A stretch of DNA of 64,000 bases from Octopus sinensis (GCF_006345805.1 NC_042999.1:64604001-64668000), one strand, 5' to 3'. Counted from the stretch's first letter, positions 14,230 through 27,181 are shown. The notes: generated by a model not told the origin, from the sequence alone. Program-made: numbers and translations.

Positions 14230-14530
14230 TGGAGGCGCAATGGCCGAGTGGTTAGGGCAGTGGACTCGCAGCCGGAGGATCGCGGTTTCGATTCCCAGAC
14301 CGGGCGTTGTGTGTGCTTATTGAGCGAAAACACCTAAAGCTCCACGAGGCCCCGGCGGTAGGGTGGTGGTGACCCCTGTTGTACTCTTCCGCCCCAACTT
14401 TCTCTCACTCTTTCTTCCTGTTTCTTGAGTAACGCTGCGATGGACTGGCGTCTAGTCCAGCTGGGGGGAACACATAAGCCACAGAAACTGGGAAACCGGG
14501 CCCATGAGCCAGGCTAGGCTTGAAAAGTGC
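14230..14530 (+). mobile_element. SINE family C
   Basis: Same head; tail ggaaaccgggcccatgagcc. Confidence 0.82.
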
Positions 14531-14774
14531 GACGTTTATCTTTGTTTAGAGTATGGAAAGCAAGCAGATCGTGATTCAGTTTCTATACTCATTTCATGCG
14601 AGTTCACTTCTCTTTCACTGCTAACATGAACAAGAAAGTCATAAGAACCATAACTTACCATTTCTTTCTCTCTCTCTTCACTTCTATACATTATTTCTAT
14701 TAAATAAATGTTTTGGTGTGGTGGCACAAATGTTGAAACGGCGGGTTAAATATCTGGCAGTATTTGGTTTCTTC

Positions 14775-15268
14775 CTACCTTCTTTCCTTCTTACGTAAAA
14801 TGTTTGTTCCTTCTCGAGCCACCCCTGGCTTATAAGGGCCGGTTTCCCGGTTTCCTTGGCGTATAGGTTCTCCACCTGGACGGGACGCCAGTCCGTCGCA
14901 GGTGAGCTGCAAGATGCCCCCTTCAACTTCACAGTACTGGAGTGTACTTGGACGACTTAAATAGGATTGCGGGAGAGATAGTGCTGCCTGACGGCTTTGC
15001 ATTGAGATTGAAGGTGGAGGTCAGGCCGCCTATATGTTTTGGATGTGGTGAGAAGGGCCACATGAAGGCATGGTGCACCCAGAAAAATGAACAAGCAGAG
15101 CAGATGGAGAGACAAGAGAGTGCGGACCAGGTAGAACAGCAGAAATTCGCCATTACCTTCTGTTGGAGCCGCGTGGAGCTTAGGTGTTTCTTTCATAAAC
15201 ACACACATCGCCCGGTCTGAGATTCGAACCCGCGATCCCTCGACCGTGAGTCCGCTGCTCTAACCATT
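14775..15268 (-). mobile_element. SINE family C with an internal 219-bp replacement
   Basis: Matches 16809-17111 and 58445-58740 on both sides of 14918-15136. Confidence 0.82.
14918..15136 (+). mobile_element. Gag/ORF1-like fragment with a CCHC zinc knuckle captured inside a SINE
   Basis: Open frame ..LPDGFALRLKVEVRPPICFGCGEKGHMKAWC.. (CX2CX4HX4C). Confidence 0.7.
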
Positions 15269-15288
15269 ACGTAATATATGATGTTCTA

Positions 15289-15521
15289 AAGGCGACGAGC
15301 GGGTAGAAACGTTAGTACGCCGGGCGAAATGCTTAGTGGTATTTCGTCTGCGGTTACGTTCTGAATTCAAATTCCGCCGAGGTCGACTTTGCCTTTCATC
15401 CTTTCGGGGTCGATTAAATAAGTACTAGTTACGCACTGGGGTCGATATAATCGACTTAATCCGTTTGTCTGTTCTTGTTCGTCCCCTCTGTGTTTAGCCC
15501 CTTGTGGGTAGTAAAGAAGTA
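15289..15521 (+). mobile_element. SINE family B
   Basis: Colinear with 47830-48063. Confidence 0.8.
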
Positions 15522-16808
15522 TATATAACCCAATGAGTTCAGCCTTTGAAGACTGATAATGTGTGATTTTGAGAGGAAGTTTTCTAGTATATCTAGGAGA
15601 CTGAAAGACCAGGCTGAAGAAACTATTTATTGGTTCATCAAAATCTACATTACACCATAAACTATTGAAATTTAATTGCTATTTGTAAATGAATACGTGA
15701 AGTCACGGCATCAATTCTCTTTAGCAATTCCGTTTAGTATTCTTCCTCCAGATTCTCAATATTGAGATTTTCCATTTATCGTTTTCCTACTTCAATCGTT
15801 TTCTACCATGACGTAATTAAGTCCTTATAGAATTAGATGAAAACTAGGTGGCGAGGTGGCGGATTATGTGGTGTCTTTTCTGTTTACCGTCTCTTCTAGC
15901 TCTAGTTGATTTCAAATTGTGATCGATGCTTCTGCAACTTTGCTTTTTTCTTGACGGATTGTTGATCCCACGCAAATTCAATTTTACCTTTGGGAAGAGG
16001 TTGTTTATATTTGGCTGGCCTCTATCCGTTGAGTTGTCCCGTATGGGAGTCCCTGCTAGAAGCTTACATTCTACTGGCATAGCTCTTAAGGTCATTGAGA
16101 CACACGAACTACAACACCACGACAAGTACTGGACACTGTGTTGGTACTGCAGAGTCGTTCAATCAAATATATCCTTTACTCAATTAAAATGAGGTTTACG
16201 ATAAGACTCAGCACATAAATATAACAAACCAGTATCAAGAATTGATGACATTTAAACCTTCCCTTTACAAATCAACAACAGGTTTGATACAAGCCGGCGA
16301 TAGACATCCTACATGGTCGATAATCTTGTTAAAAATAGCAACTAAAATGCCTTTGAAATCGCACCATCCGAGAGCACTTCGAAGAAAAGAGGAACATACT
16401 CGATAATGTTAATACTGTTTCGAATCCTAGGACTCAGTGCTGGTTATTCGCTTTCCCTGAGGTATAAGTGACCGAGATCACAAAAGCCCCCTTGAATGGG
16501 ACGCCAGCGCATTGCAGGGTTAGTCATTTACAGCTGAATGGACTGGGCCAATGTAAAATAAAGTCTTTAGCTCAAGAACATAATGCAACTGCCGCTCCGG
16601 AAATCGAAACAACGAGCTTGTGATTATGAATGCAACACCTCTAACCGCGAGGCCATGCGCCTTGATATTCGGTGATGTAGTTAAAGTGGGAGGGAGCGGG
16701 GAGAGAAAAACTGTCTAAAATGGTTAGAGCTAGGATACTTTTGATCAATGGTCTGCTTGATAGAGGTTGACTAGGGTTTAAAATATAAGAAAAGTAACAT
16801 TGATGATG

Positions 16809-17111
16809 TGGAGGCACATGGCCTACTGGTTAAAGCAGCGGACTCACGGCTCGAGGGATCGCGGGTTCGAATCTCAGACCGGGAGAGGTGTGTGTGTTTA
16901 TGAGCGAAACACCTAAGCTCCACTCGGCTCCGGCAGAAGGTAATAGCGAATTTCTGCTGACTCTTTCGCCAGAACATTTTCTCACTCTTTCCTCCTTCAT
17001 CTTGTAGCTCACCTGCGACGGACCGGCGTCCCGTCCAGGTGGGGAACCTATACGCGAAGGAAACCAGGAAACCGCCCTTATGAGCCAGGCGTGGCTCGAG
17101 AAGGAACAAAC
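16809..17111 (+). mobile_element. SINE family C
   Basis: Head to aaggaacaaacaaaca tail. Confidence 0.82.
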
Positions 17112-17938
17112 AAACATTGATGATACTGACAGGAATGATGAGCAGTAGCAGTAATGGAATTGAAGCCGTTCCAAGAATTATTTTTATCGTGCAGGAAATA
17201 TGTATGCCAGGTTACAGTAAATTTAAATAGTTCAATCCTTAGTAGGTACTAGGTTAGGTTTTGTTAGTTGAATCAATCACAGTATATCACTATTATTATT
17301 TTATTGATCTTTGATTCATGAAAGACAACATCAATACACACACACACACACACACTGTAAGATATGCAGTCCATAATTTCTACAGTTTTAGCTCACTGAT
17401 TGATGAAGAGAAAATAATTACAACTGTACTAAAACTAATGGTTTATTTTACAACCATCAGCCGAGATGCTTTACAAAAGAAGTGTTGTGAAGTTCATGCT
17501 TTTTACAAGGACATGAATAGTCTCAAACCATTTTATGGTAGAAACCGTCTTGTAGAATTAGGTCATAGAGTGGAACTTATTGTTTCCATTGTGTCTTCAA
17601 TCTTCCCAAAAAGAAAAATGATTAGCTGTGCTAATTTTTAGCCCCAGATCAAACCCCATCCAAGAGATCTATGGTCGAAGGCGAGCCAGCTGCCGTAAGC
17701 ATCTTGTCTTTGTCCTTTTTTGTTATTATATAAGGGACTACAATGTCGGACATATCCTTCTATTTAAAACGTGGGTTGTAATTAGAAGATGCTTTGGCTG
17801 CTGTTTTTGGCAGACTGAATAACCACGTAGTAACTTCCTGGTTGGTGCACGTATTTTTATATTTCTACAAAGCTATATATATATATATACATACATCATA
17901 TATATATATATATATATATTATATAATATATATATATA

Positions 17939-18427
17939 CTAGCAGTATCGCCCGGCGTTGCTCGGGTTTGTAAGGGAAATAACTATATAAGCATTTTTAG
18001 AGAGTTATTTCCCTTATAAATTCGGGCTTTCTTAGCCATTTTTGTTTTGGTGTCTTCAAGCCATGAAGTCGTTGTTCTAAAAGAACGCTGGTCTCCTTCA
18101 CAACGCTTTACGACGTTGATTTCTTTACACTCCCTTCCCCACAGCTTCACGAGGGAGGGAAGGGGGAGAAGCAAACAGGTGCAGCTGTGAGCGTGGACGC
18201 CAACTCCGCCGCCATCGACACACGATGCATTTTATGCATTAAAATGGAATAAAAATGATGTTAAATTATTTTTAAAATCATAGACTCATCGTTGACGCGC
18301 GCTAATAGTCAGACGGGCTCGATATGAATCACGACTATAAGATACCCGAATTTGGTTAAACTGCACCGCAAAATGTGGGAGGAGTTAGAAATCTAAATCG
18401 AAGGGGACAGACACTCACACAACTAGA

Positions 18428-18440
<13 letters not shown>
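17939..18440 (-). mobile_element. Non-autonomous Helitron-like element
   Basis: Minus 3' end cccgagcaacgccgggcgatactgCTAG|T. The 5' end TATATAAAACTCTAGTTGTGTGAGTGTCTG merges into (AT)n. Confidence 0.65.
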
Positions 18441-18495
<55 letters not shown>

Positions 18496-18500
18496 TATAT

Positions 18501-18880
18501 TACTCTTTTATTTGTTTCAGTCATGTGACTGCGGCCATGCTGGAGCACCGCCTTTAGTCGAGCAAATCGACCCCAGGACTTATACTTTGTAAGCCTATTA
18601 CTTATTCTATCGGTCTCTTTTGCCAAACGCTAAGTTACGGGGACGTAAACATACCAGCATCGGTTGATAAGCGATGTTGGGAGGACAAAAACAGACACAG
18701 AAACACACACACATATATACATATACATATATACGACGGGCTTCTTTCAGTTTCCGTCTACCAAATCCATTCACAAAGCTTTAGTAGAAGATACTTGCCC
18801 AAGGTGCCACGCATTGGGGACTGAACCTGGAACCATGTGGTTGGTAAGCAAGCTACTTACCATACAGCCACTCCTGCGCC
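18501..18880 (-). mobile_element. SINE family A
   Basis: Colinear with 40503-40903; the head 25-mer is duplicated to about 18910. Confidence 0.85.
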
Positions 18881-18966
18881 TATACTTACCACACAGCCAC
18901 TCCTGCGTCTAAAGAATGGTATGCAATTGATTCTACGAAATGACTCTAGGCCAAGAATGTTATTTA

Positions 18967-19144
18967 CCGCATTCATTTGTGTATAAGTCATACTATTTTA
19001 TATGGTCGAAAAGTTTTTTAAAAACCACTAAGACAAGTGGGGTGTGACTTATACACGGGGCAATGCTAAAGTTACGAGAGGAAAAAAATTGTACCATGAT
19101 TCTGCAATAAATAAAGGGTGCGACTTATACACGAGTAAATATGC
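18967..19144. mobile_element. Tigger/pogo-type MITE
   Basis: TA-flanked imperfect TIRs ccgcattcatttgtgtataagtca / cgacttatacacgagtaaatatgc; internal gggtg(c/t)gacttatacacg occurs twice. Confidence 0.6.
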
Positions 19145-19599
19145 TATTTTAGCGAAACTAGGAGGAAAGAAAAGAAAAATCTACACCACTGAGATTTGCA
19201 CACTGAAATTCCTTTTGGCTTTCACTTTTTCTCTCCATTGATCTTTAATATCATGATTTTTAACATATCAACTTAATATAGGCATAATATCAAAGATTAT
19301 TAACAAGGCATAAAAGCAAACATTGTTTGCGGGAGATGTGATGTTGGTTACATCGGCTGTTATTTATTTTATAATATCCGAATTAATAAAATTTAACGAT
19401 AAGAATATATCAGTTTTGAACACAGGTTCGAATTTTAGGCGAAGGTGCACAGTTGATTGTATCACCCCTAGTACATGACTGGTACTTCAACACCGCTGAA
19501 TAGATGAAAATAAAATAACATTAGCACAAATAATAATAATAATATTAATAATAATAATAATGATAATAATAATAATAATGATAATAATAATAATGCAGA

Positions 19600-19790
19600 T
19601 AGATATATTAGCAAAACCTATATAAACAAAACTCCAGGTGCAGTGAAATATGTAAATAAATCCCAGATGCAGACATATACACAACAAAACCTCAAGCACT
19701 TATAAATATACACCACAGAGAAAAATGACACTACTAGACACTGCATATATATATTATATCAAGTATTTTCAATACAATAGAAAAAAAAAT
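19600..19790 (+). mobile_element. Possible very decayed Dong/R4 3' terminus
   Basis: YINKTPG and TLLDTAYI-like motifs resemble the Dong ORF C-terminus; directly follows a (TAA)n tract. Confidence 0.35.
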
Positions 19791-20766
19791 ACAACCTCAA
19801 ATTCAAAAGAAAACACTGCATGTACCACGGAACAGTGAGCCGTTTTCGGTTCTGTTGTGAAAGTATATAATGAAAATATAAGGCCACTGAAATAATAATA
19901 ATTATTTCGAACCTATACAGCGAGCCATAAATTAGTGTCTTTTTTTTTTCGGTGGGGACTAGTCAATTAAATCGACCTCAGTACTTGGTTGGTGCTTAAA
20001 TTTTTCTACCTCGGTAGGCTGAAAGATAAAGTTGGTTCCGGATGGAAATTGAACACAAACCATAAAGAGGATGAAACAAAATACTGTAATTCATGAAGTT
20101 GAACCATGCTGTCATTTACCGTCTTATTGCATATTCGTCCCACGTTCCATATAAAATATTGGTTTCAAATGTTGGCACAACACCAGCAATTTCGGGGTAT
20201 TTTATCAATCTCAAAGGAATGAAAGGCAAAGTCGACCTGGGCGGAATTTGAGCTGAGAACGTAAAGACGGATGAAATACCGCTAAGCATTTTGCCCAGCG
20301 TCTTAACGATTCTACCAGCTCGCCATCTTACATGATTATTAAATATTATCCTTTGTTAATACGAAGGGTAATTTCTGCGGGACCCCGTTTATATTTTATG
20401 GCCTTCATTCTGTTTTGATGCATATATTTTCAAATCTTCATAACTGTTTCATTATGCTAAAGATTGCTACAGTATTACATGGCATATAAAACAGACATTT
20501 CCCCACCCCAAAAATGTCTCAAAAAATTACCGATGATCATATGTCACATGCTTTGATACTCTAGAAAGTTTTATTTTCTCCTGAATATGCCCTTCTGGAA
20601 CTGGAGTGTGTCTAATATTCCCATGTGTCTTTTATGTCTTCAATTACAATGAAGTTTTTTTAATATTCTTTCCATAGTTACTGTTGTTGAAAGCGTAACA
20701 TTCGAAATTATTTCATTCTGTTAACAGTTTCGATTAAGTATTCCATTTCCTACCATATCCAAGTGT

Positions 20767-21125
20767 ATGGAGGCACAATGGCCCAATGGTTAGGGCAGTG
20801 AACTCGTGGTCATATGATCGCGGTTTCGATTCTCAGACCAAGCGTTGTGAGTGCTTATTGAGCGAAAGCTTAAAGGGGTGGTGGCAAACCCTACTGTACC
20901 CTTTCACCACAACTTCCTCTCACTCTTTCTTCCCGTTTCTGTTGCACTTGTATTTCATAGGGCCAGCCTTGTCACACCCTGTGTCACGCTAAATCTCCCC
21001 GAGAATTATGTTAATGGTACACGTGTCTGTGGAGTGCTCAGCCACTTGCACGTTAATTTCAGGAGCAGGGTGAACCGTTGACTGGATCAACTGGAACCTT
21101 TGTCGTCGTAACCGACGGAGTGCCG
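20767..21125 (+). mobile_element. SINE family C, long-tail subtype
   Basis: Colinear with the reverse complement of 10829-11212. Confidence 0.8.
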
Positions 21126-21592
21126 TGTAACACTCGAACATATATTGTGACAAACAGAATGATAATGTAGATTACTTACCAAAGATAATCATTATAAGTT
21201 ATGACCATTTACAAGATGCACTCACGAGAGGATGGAATGAAAGGAAGCAGCTACTTTTCCACCGGCGAACCTGGTGTAAATGTTTGATACAGAGTGGATA
21301 CCGCTAAAGGCACCACCCTTGGCCCACATGGCGATGTTAAACGTAGCAACGAATTATGCCTGCTATATAAAAAAAAAAAAATGCCGTAGGCATTGCTGTG
21401 TGTTTAAAAAGCTCGCTTGGCAACCACATGGTTTCGTGTTCAGTCTCAATGTGTGGCACATTGGGAAAGTGTCTTATACTATAGCTCTCAGGCCGACCAT
21501 CGCCTTGTAATTGAATGTGGTCGACGGAAACTATATGGAAGCCTGTCTTATATTCATATAATATGTATAAAAAGTAAAAATAGCATTCAAAA

Positions 21593-21657
21593 TTTACGAT
21601 AGCTGTTTCGGTAGAATATTATTAATGTATTAATAAAAGATTACATCATCAGGCAAA
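21593..21657 (-). ncRNA. Degenerate hammerhead motif
   Basis: Minus strand: tttgc-CTGATGA-tgta..(long loop)..tacc-GAAA-cagcta-TC-gtaaa. Stem I is 5 bp; two substitutions away from an intact fold. Confidence 0.45.
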
Positions 21658-21900
21658 ATTTTAAACAGATAAGATTTCAACCTGGTACGGTTTCTTACAT
21701 CGAGCTACACAAACTGAGTAATCCTAAACAACGTTTCATCCTTTCTTCTGTTTTTTGATATTCGATTTGTCTTGTCTAAGAAATTGACATTTTTTCTTAT
21801 TTTTTCCGTCTACCAAATTCTTTCACAAGGTACTGGTCTGCCAGGAAACCAATTCCACTGCATCTATGCTCTCTACAACTCGGTGGGACTGGCTCCAGCG

Positions 21901-21938
21901 CGAACTGATGAGGGCACAAATATGACGAAATATGTTCG
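21901..21938 (+). ncRNA. Degenerate hammerhead motif (G at the cleavage position)
   Basis: cgaa-CTGATGA-gggcacaaatatgac-GAAA-ta-TG-ttcg. Stem I CGAA/UUCG is intact, stem II is damaged, and H17 is G. Confidence 0.35.
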
Positions 21939-22909
21939 GAGTTATCTTCCTTACTACCGGAAATATCATTCTTCCTAAGTTTGACAGAAGGGCAACAATT
22001 TTAAAAGGAAAGGGGATATCAATTACATGGACCTTAGTGCTTAACAGATATTTATTTTATCGAGCCCAAATGACACTGGGGTCATTTGAAGTTAGAACTT
22101 AAAGAACCGGAAAAATACCACTAAGCCTTCTGCCCGCTGTGGTAAAAATTCTGTCAACACACAGTCTTCCCATCGGAAATAATTGCAATAATGTCAATCA
22201 TTGACTAAAACTGTTATTTTCCTCAGCATATAAATAGTTTCTCACCACATATTTATTTTATTTGATGATGAGTAATGCTTTCCTTGGGCTAAATATTAAA
22301 GCGTTCTGACTAAAGTGCTTGGGAAGTATAGGGTTTTACCCATTAGTCATCACTGCTTCCAGGTTTTCTCTAGCTAGGGTGGTAGTATCTGTAAAAGGCC
22401 GCAATTATGGTTCAAAATTAACAAAAGATGTTCCTTTGGTCAAAGCATACATGGATGAGCTTGTTGGTCGACGTTGACTGGTGCTAAATACACCATCATG
22501 TCGAGTGATCCAGTTCTACTGTCTGAGTGTTAGCTAGGCCCGGTGCCCTAAGAGTAAGGTCGGGAGGACAGGAGATTCGCAGATTAAACAGTAAATAAAC
22601 TGGTGCAAGACAGCGGGAAGAAGCCACTGCTGTATTTTCTCTGAGAAAACTAGTGAATCTTCAGAATTTGGTTGGGAGCTCCGTGACCGATGGTCTTTGT
22701 GGGCCTTGAATATGGAGAGAGAGAAAGAAAGAAAGAAAAAGAGAGAGAGAGAGAGAGGGAGAGAGAGAGAGTGAGGGAGCGAGATGGGGATAGAGAGAAG
22801 AATGAATAGAGAGAGAAAAGAGTAATAGAATACGAAAACATTTAACTTAACGATTTTGTAAGATTGGTATTTAATTATCAATTGCAGAAACCTGTCGTAT
22901 ATGTACTTT

Positions 22910-23327
22910 TTTAACTCTTTTACTTGCTTCAGTCATGTGACTGTGGCCATGCTGGAGCACCGCCTTTAGTCGAGCAAATCGACCCCAGGACATATTCTTT
23001 GTAAGCCTAGTACTTATTCTATCGGTCTCTTTTGCCGAACCGCAAAGTTACGGGGACGTAAACACATTAGCATTGGTTGTCAAGCGATGTTGGGGGACAA
23101 ACACAAACACACAAACATATATACACACACACCTACATACATACATACATACATACATACATAATACATATATATATATATATATATGCTATATATAATA
23201 TATATATATATATACAAACACATATATACGACGGGCTTCTTTCAGTTTCCGTCTACCAAATCCACTCATAAGGCTTTGGTCGGCTCGAGGCTATATTTGA
23301 AGACACCTGCCCAAGGTACCGCGCAGC
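22910..23327 (-). mobile_element. SINE family A, head truncated
   Basis: Tail and body match family A; ends in (TCTA)n. Confidence 0.8.
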
Positions 23328-23332
23328 GTGAG

Positions 23333-23406
<74 letters not shown>

Positions 23407-23489
23407 ATATCTATCTCTATCTATCTATCTATCTATCTACCTACTCACATAATCGACTACCAAACTGCCTACATATATACCTGCATACC

Positions 23490-24415
23490 TATCTGTCCAT
23501 ATCCCGTCTCTGAAGTGTGGGAGCCAATGCCTTCTTCTTCTTCTTCTTCTTCTTCTTCTTCTTCTTCTTCTTCTTCTTCTTCTTCTCTCTTCTTCTTCTT
23601 CTTCTTCTTCTTCTTCTTCTTCTTCTTTCTTCTTCTATCATCATCATCATCATCATCATCATCTTCCGTCTATTCTCTTCCTCACCAATACCACCACCGC
23701 CACCACTACCGCCACCACTACCGCCACCACTACCGCCACCACTACCGCCACCACTACGCACCACTACCCACCGCTGCCACCTCCACCACTACAGCTGCCG
23801 CCCTCATCATCATCGTCATCATCATCATCAGCAGCATCGGCATCAGCATCAGTAATTACTGCAACAACATCTGCTAATAGACTGAATATTTGTATTTTGT
23901 GACATTTAATAGTGTCAACTAGAGAACAAAAACAAAAAAAAAAAAAGAACAAGAAAAGCGAAATAGAAAAAGGCTAAAACACAGCTATGTCTCCACCCCC
24001 GCATCTCACACCCAAACCGCCCCCACCAACGTACTCATAAAAATGCAGAAAAAGGTAAAAATAAACCCCAAAATAGTGATATTTGTAAATATTGTGATAA
24101 ACCTAGAAGACCGACACTCTTTAGCCATTCCCTCAGCATCAGCACCACCATCATCACTACCATCACCACCACACCCATCCCCAGCACCACACACGCCGCC
24201 ACCGACATGAATATCATCGTCACCACTGAGTCGATACGAGAACCCGAATCCTTAATATCGACTCGTCAATCTTTTATCAATCAGGGATACACCCCCGCCA
24301 TCGCGGTCACAGCCGGCACGAGCGCCAGTACCACCATCCACGAAGCCGCTGCAACCACCACCACCACCACCACACCACCACCACCACCACCACCACATAC
24401 ACCAGCGCCACCTCC
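23490..24415 (+). repeat. Compound triplet microsatellite island (TTC, ATC, CCA, CAT)
   Basis: Sequential pure and degenerate triplet runs. Confidence 0.85.
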
Positions 24416-24537
24416 ACCGCCGCCATCGACGCTGCCGCCGCCATCGACGCTACCGCCGCCATGGACGCTGCCGCCGCCATCGACGCTGCCGCCGCCATCG
24501 ACGCTGCCGCCGCCATCGAGGCTGCCGCCGCCGCCAC
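24416..24537 (+). repeat. 18-bp GC-rich minisatellite (CCGCCGCCATCGACGCTG) x about 6
   Basis: Directly visible tandem unit. Confidence 0.88.
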
Positions 24538-24769
24538 CGTCTACACTGGCACCGTCACCGTCACCAAAACCACCACCGTCGCTACCACAATGACCAAACT
24601 CTTATCAACACTACCAGCATCAATACCCTCCACAGCGTTATCCTTATCACTAACTATACATACATATACTAAGTATATGTATGTATACATACATATACAT
24701 AGATACATAGATATATATATATATATATATATAATATATATATATTATATATATATATATATATATAAA

Positions 24770-25556
24770 TGAATGAATGTTTTTATATATAATGAACGTG
24801 AAATACAGGAAGGGACGAACACAGAACACAGACAAATCATTCGAAGCCTTCAATCTTCAGTCAGACACCGAATCATCATAGCAAATTTCGGCTGTTCAAT
24901 TCTGATTTTGCTCCAACTCGGCAGCCCCAAGAAAAAAAAAAAAAAAAAAAAAAAACTAAGCTGTAAGCATTAGATTTCTTGGTAGAAGACAGGAATGTGA
25001 ACGCACAAGACGGATGTGAATACAAGAGACGAAAACGAAATTGAAAACAGTAATGAAAAAACAAAATTATATAACGGTGGTTGTCATACGACTTTAGACC
25101 AAATGAGACAAAACAACAACACATAGCAGCTGGCGTATAATAATTACCGTTTCGGTAGCGGGGACACATGTTGGTCGAGATACGAAGGCCAACAGAATGG
25201 TTGAAGAAGCAGCAGGTCGCAGGAGAGAGAGAAAGAGAGACGAGAGAGAGGGAATCAAAGAGGGTGGAAGGCAGGGGACAGAATCAGTGACCAAGAGAGA
25301 AGGAGAAAGAAGGGATTAAGGAGGATGGGAGGAAGAGAGGGAAGAATCGGAGGGCGCCAAAAAGTTTGGTGAAGAAGCAATGGCGGGTAGTAAAAGACAG
25401 TGTGTATAGAAGTCGTGCAGGTTTTAAAATTGGACAAACAAACGGGGTGTGCACGTAACGCCGCAATAATATAAGAATGAATGTTTTTATATATAATGAA
25501 CGTGAAATACAGGAGGGACGAACACGGAACACAGACAAATCATTCGAAGCCTTCAA
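24770..25556. mobile_element. Element bounded by an approximately 80-bp direct repeat; related copy at 39530-39850
   Basis: aatgaatgtttttatatataatgaacgtgaaatacagga..cattcgaagccttcaat at 24772-24855 and 25477-25556. Confidence 0.6.
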
Positions 25557-25689
25557 TATATATAATATATAATATATATATAATATATATATATATTATA
25601 TATATAATATATATATAATATATATCTATATATTATATATATATATATGTATCTATGTATCTGTGTATGTATATGTATATGTATATGGA

Positions 25690-25724
<35 letters not shown>

Positions 25725-25735
25725 ATATATATATG

Positions 25736-25777
<42 letters not shown>

Positions 25778-25778
<1 letters not shown>

Positions 25779-26202
25779 GCGCAGGGGTGCCTGTGTAGTA
25801 AGCAGTTTGCTAACCAACCACATGGTTCCGGATTCATTCCCACTGCGTGGCACCTTGGGCAAATGTCTTCTACTATAGCCTCGGGTCGACCAAAGCCTTG
25901 TGAATGGATTTGGTAGACGGAAACTGAAAGAAGCCTGTCGTATATATGTATATATAGTTATATGTATATGTATATATATGTATATGTATATATATATGTG
26001 TGTGTGTGTGTTTGTGTGTCTGTGGTTGTCCCCCTAACATTGCTTGACAACCGATGATGGTGTGTTTACGTCCCCGTAAAAAGAGACCGATAGAATAAGT
26101 ACTAAGCTTACAAAGAATAAGTCCTGGGGTCGATTTGCTCGACCAAAGACGGTGCTCCAGCATGGCCACAAATGACTGAAACAAGTAAAAGAGTAAAAGA
26201 GT
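25778..26202 (+). mobile_element. SINE family A
   Basis: GGCGCAGGGGTGCCTGTGTAGTAAG head through the (GTAAAAGA)2 tail. Confidence 0.85.
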
Positions 26203-26289
26203 ATATATATATATATATTATATATATATATATATATTATATATATATATTATACTTATATACACGCATAACACATACATATGATATAT

Positions 26290-27052
26290 GTGAGCTGGGC
26301 ATTGGCATGAGCAATGCTGCATCTTACCAGAGGCATATTACCAATTTGGTAACAAAATGCCGACGGCGAGCTGGATGGATATTCCGAACTTTCAAAACGA
26401 GAGAAAAGGAGACAATGATGGTCCTTTAGAGGACATACGTTTTCAGCCGCTTAGAATGCTTCTCCCAACTATGGTCACCACACAATATAAAATTAACGGC
26501 GGAACTCGAAGCAATCAAACGGAGCTATACAAAGAAACTCGTCTCAGGTACGAATCAGGTACTGGGAAAGACTGAAAGAATTAAAACTCTTCTCCCTAGA
26601 ACGAAGGCGGGGAAGATATGCAGTGATACACATCTGGAAAAACCTGGAAGTCCTTGTACCGAACTTTGGCTTTGAAAGTTACACAAACAGCAGAACGGGG
26701 CGCCACTGCATAGTGCCAAAGATTTCAGCCTTACCATCAAAATACAGGGTCAGAAACAGCAATAGCTTGGGTTTTAGGGGCCCACAACTCTTCAATATCC
26801 TTCCAAAATGCCTGAGAGACCTGTATGGTGTAGATGGAGGCGTCTTCAAAACAAAACTAGATCTCCTCCAGCAAAGGTTTTCAGATGAGCCTACCTCACG
26901 ACAGGAAACACAGAGGAGGCAGCAGCATCAAACGCCCTCATTCACCAAATGTCACATATCAAAAGAGGTTTCAAATAATGGTGTAGCGCAGCGAACGGTG
27001 GTGCTCCAGCTGACCACAGCATTAAAGCTGAAACAATTTAAAGATTTAAAGG
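26290..27052 (+). mobile_element. CR1/L2-like LINE 3' fragment (RT C-terminus plus 3' tail)
   Basis: LGIGMSN..HITNLVTKCRRRAGWIFRTF..QLWSPH..(frameshift)..SLERRR..NSLGFRGPQLFNILPKCLR..FKTKLD. Ends with a stem-loop and (ATTTAAAG)2. Confidence 0.85.
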
Positions 27053-27138
27053 TATATATATTGTATATACTATATATATATATATATCTGTATGTTTATA
27101 AATATATACTTACATACATTTACATATACATATGCATA

Positions 27139-27181
<43 letters not shown>

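Noticed and set aside
24207-24772. Pro-rich (PPPSTL)n and Ala-rich ORFs
   Set aside because: They arise from an 18-bp minisatellite inside a triplet-repeat island; all frames give homopolymeric peptides, with no domain or splice support.
24830-24930. ctgaaga and cagccgaaa motifs on the minus strand suggesting a hammerhead
   Set aside because: I could not assemble stems I-III in a valid order: GAAU replaces GAAA and there is no matching stem I.
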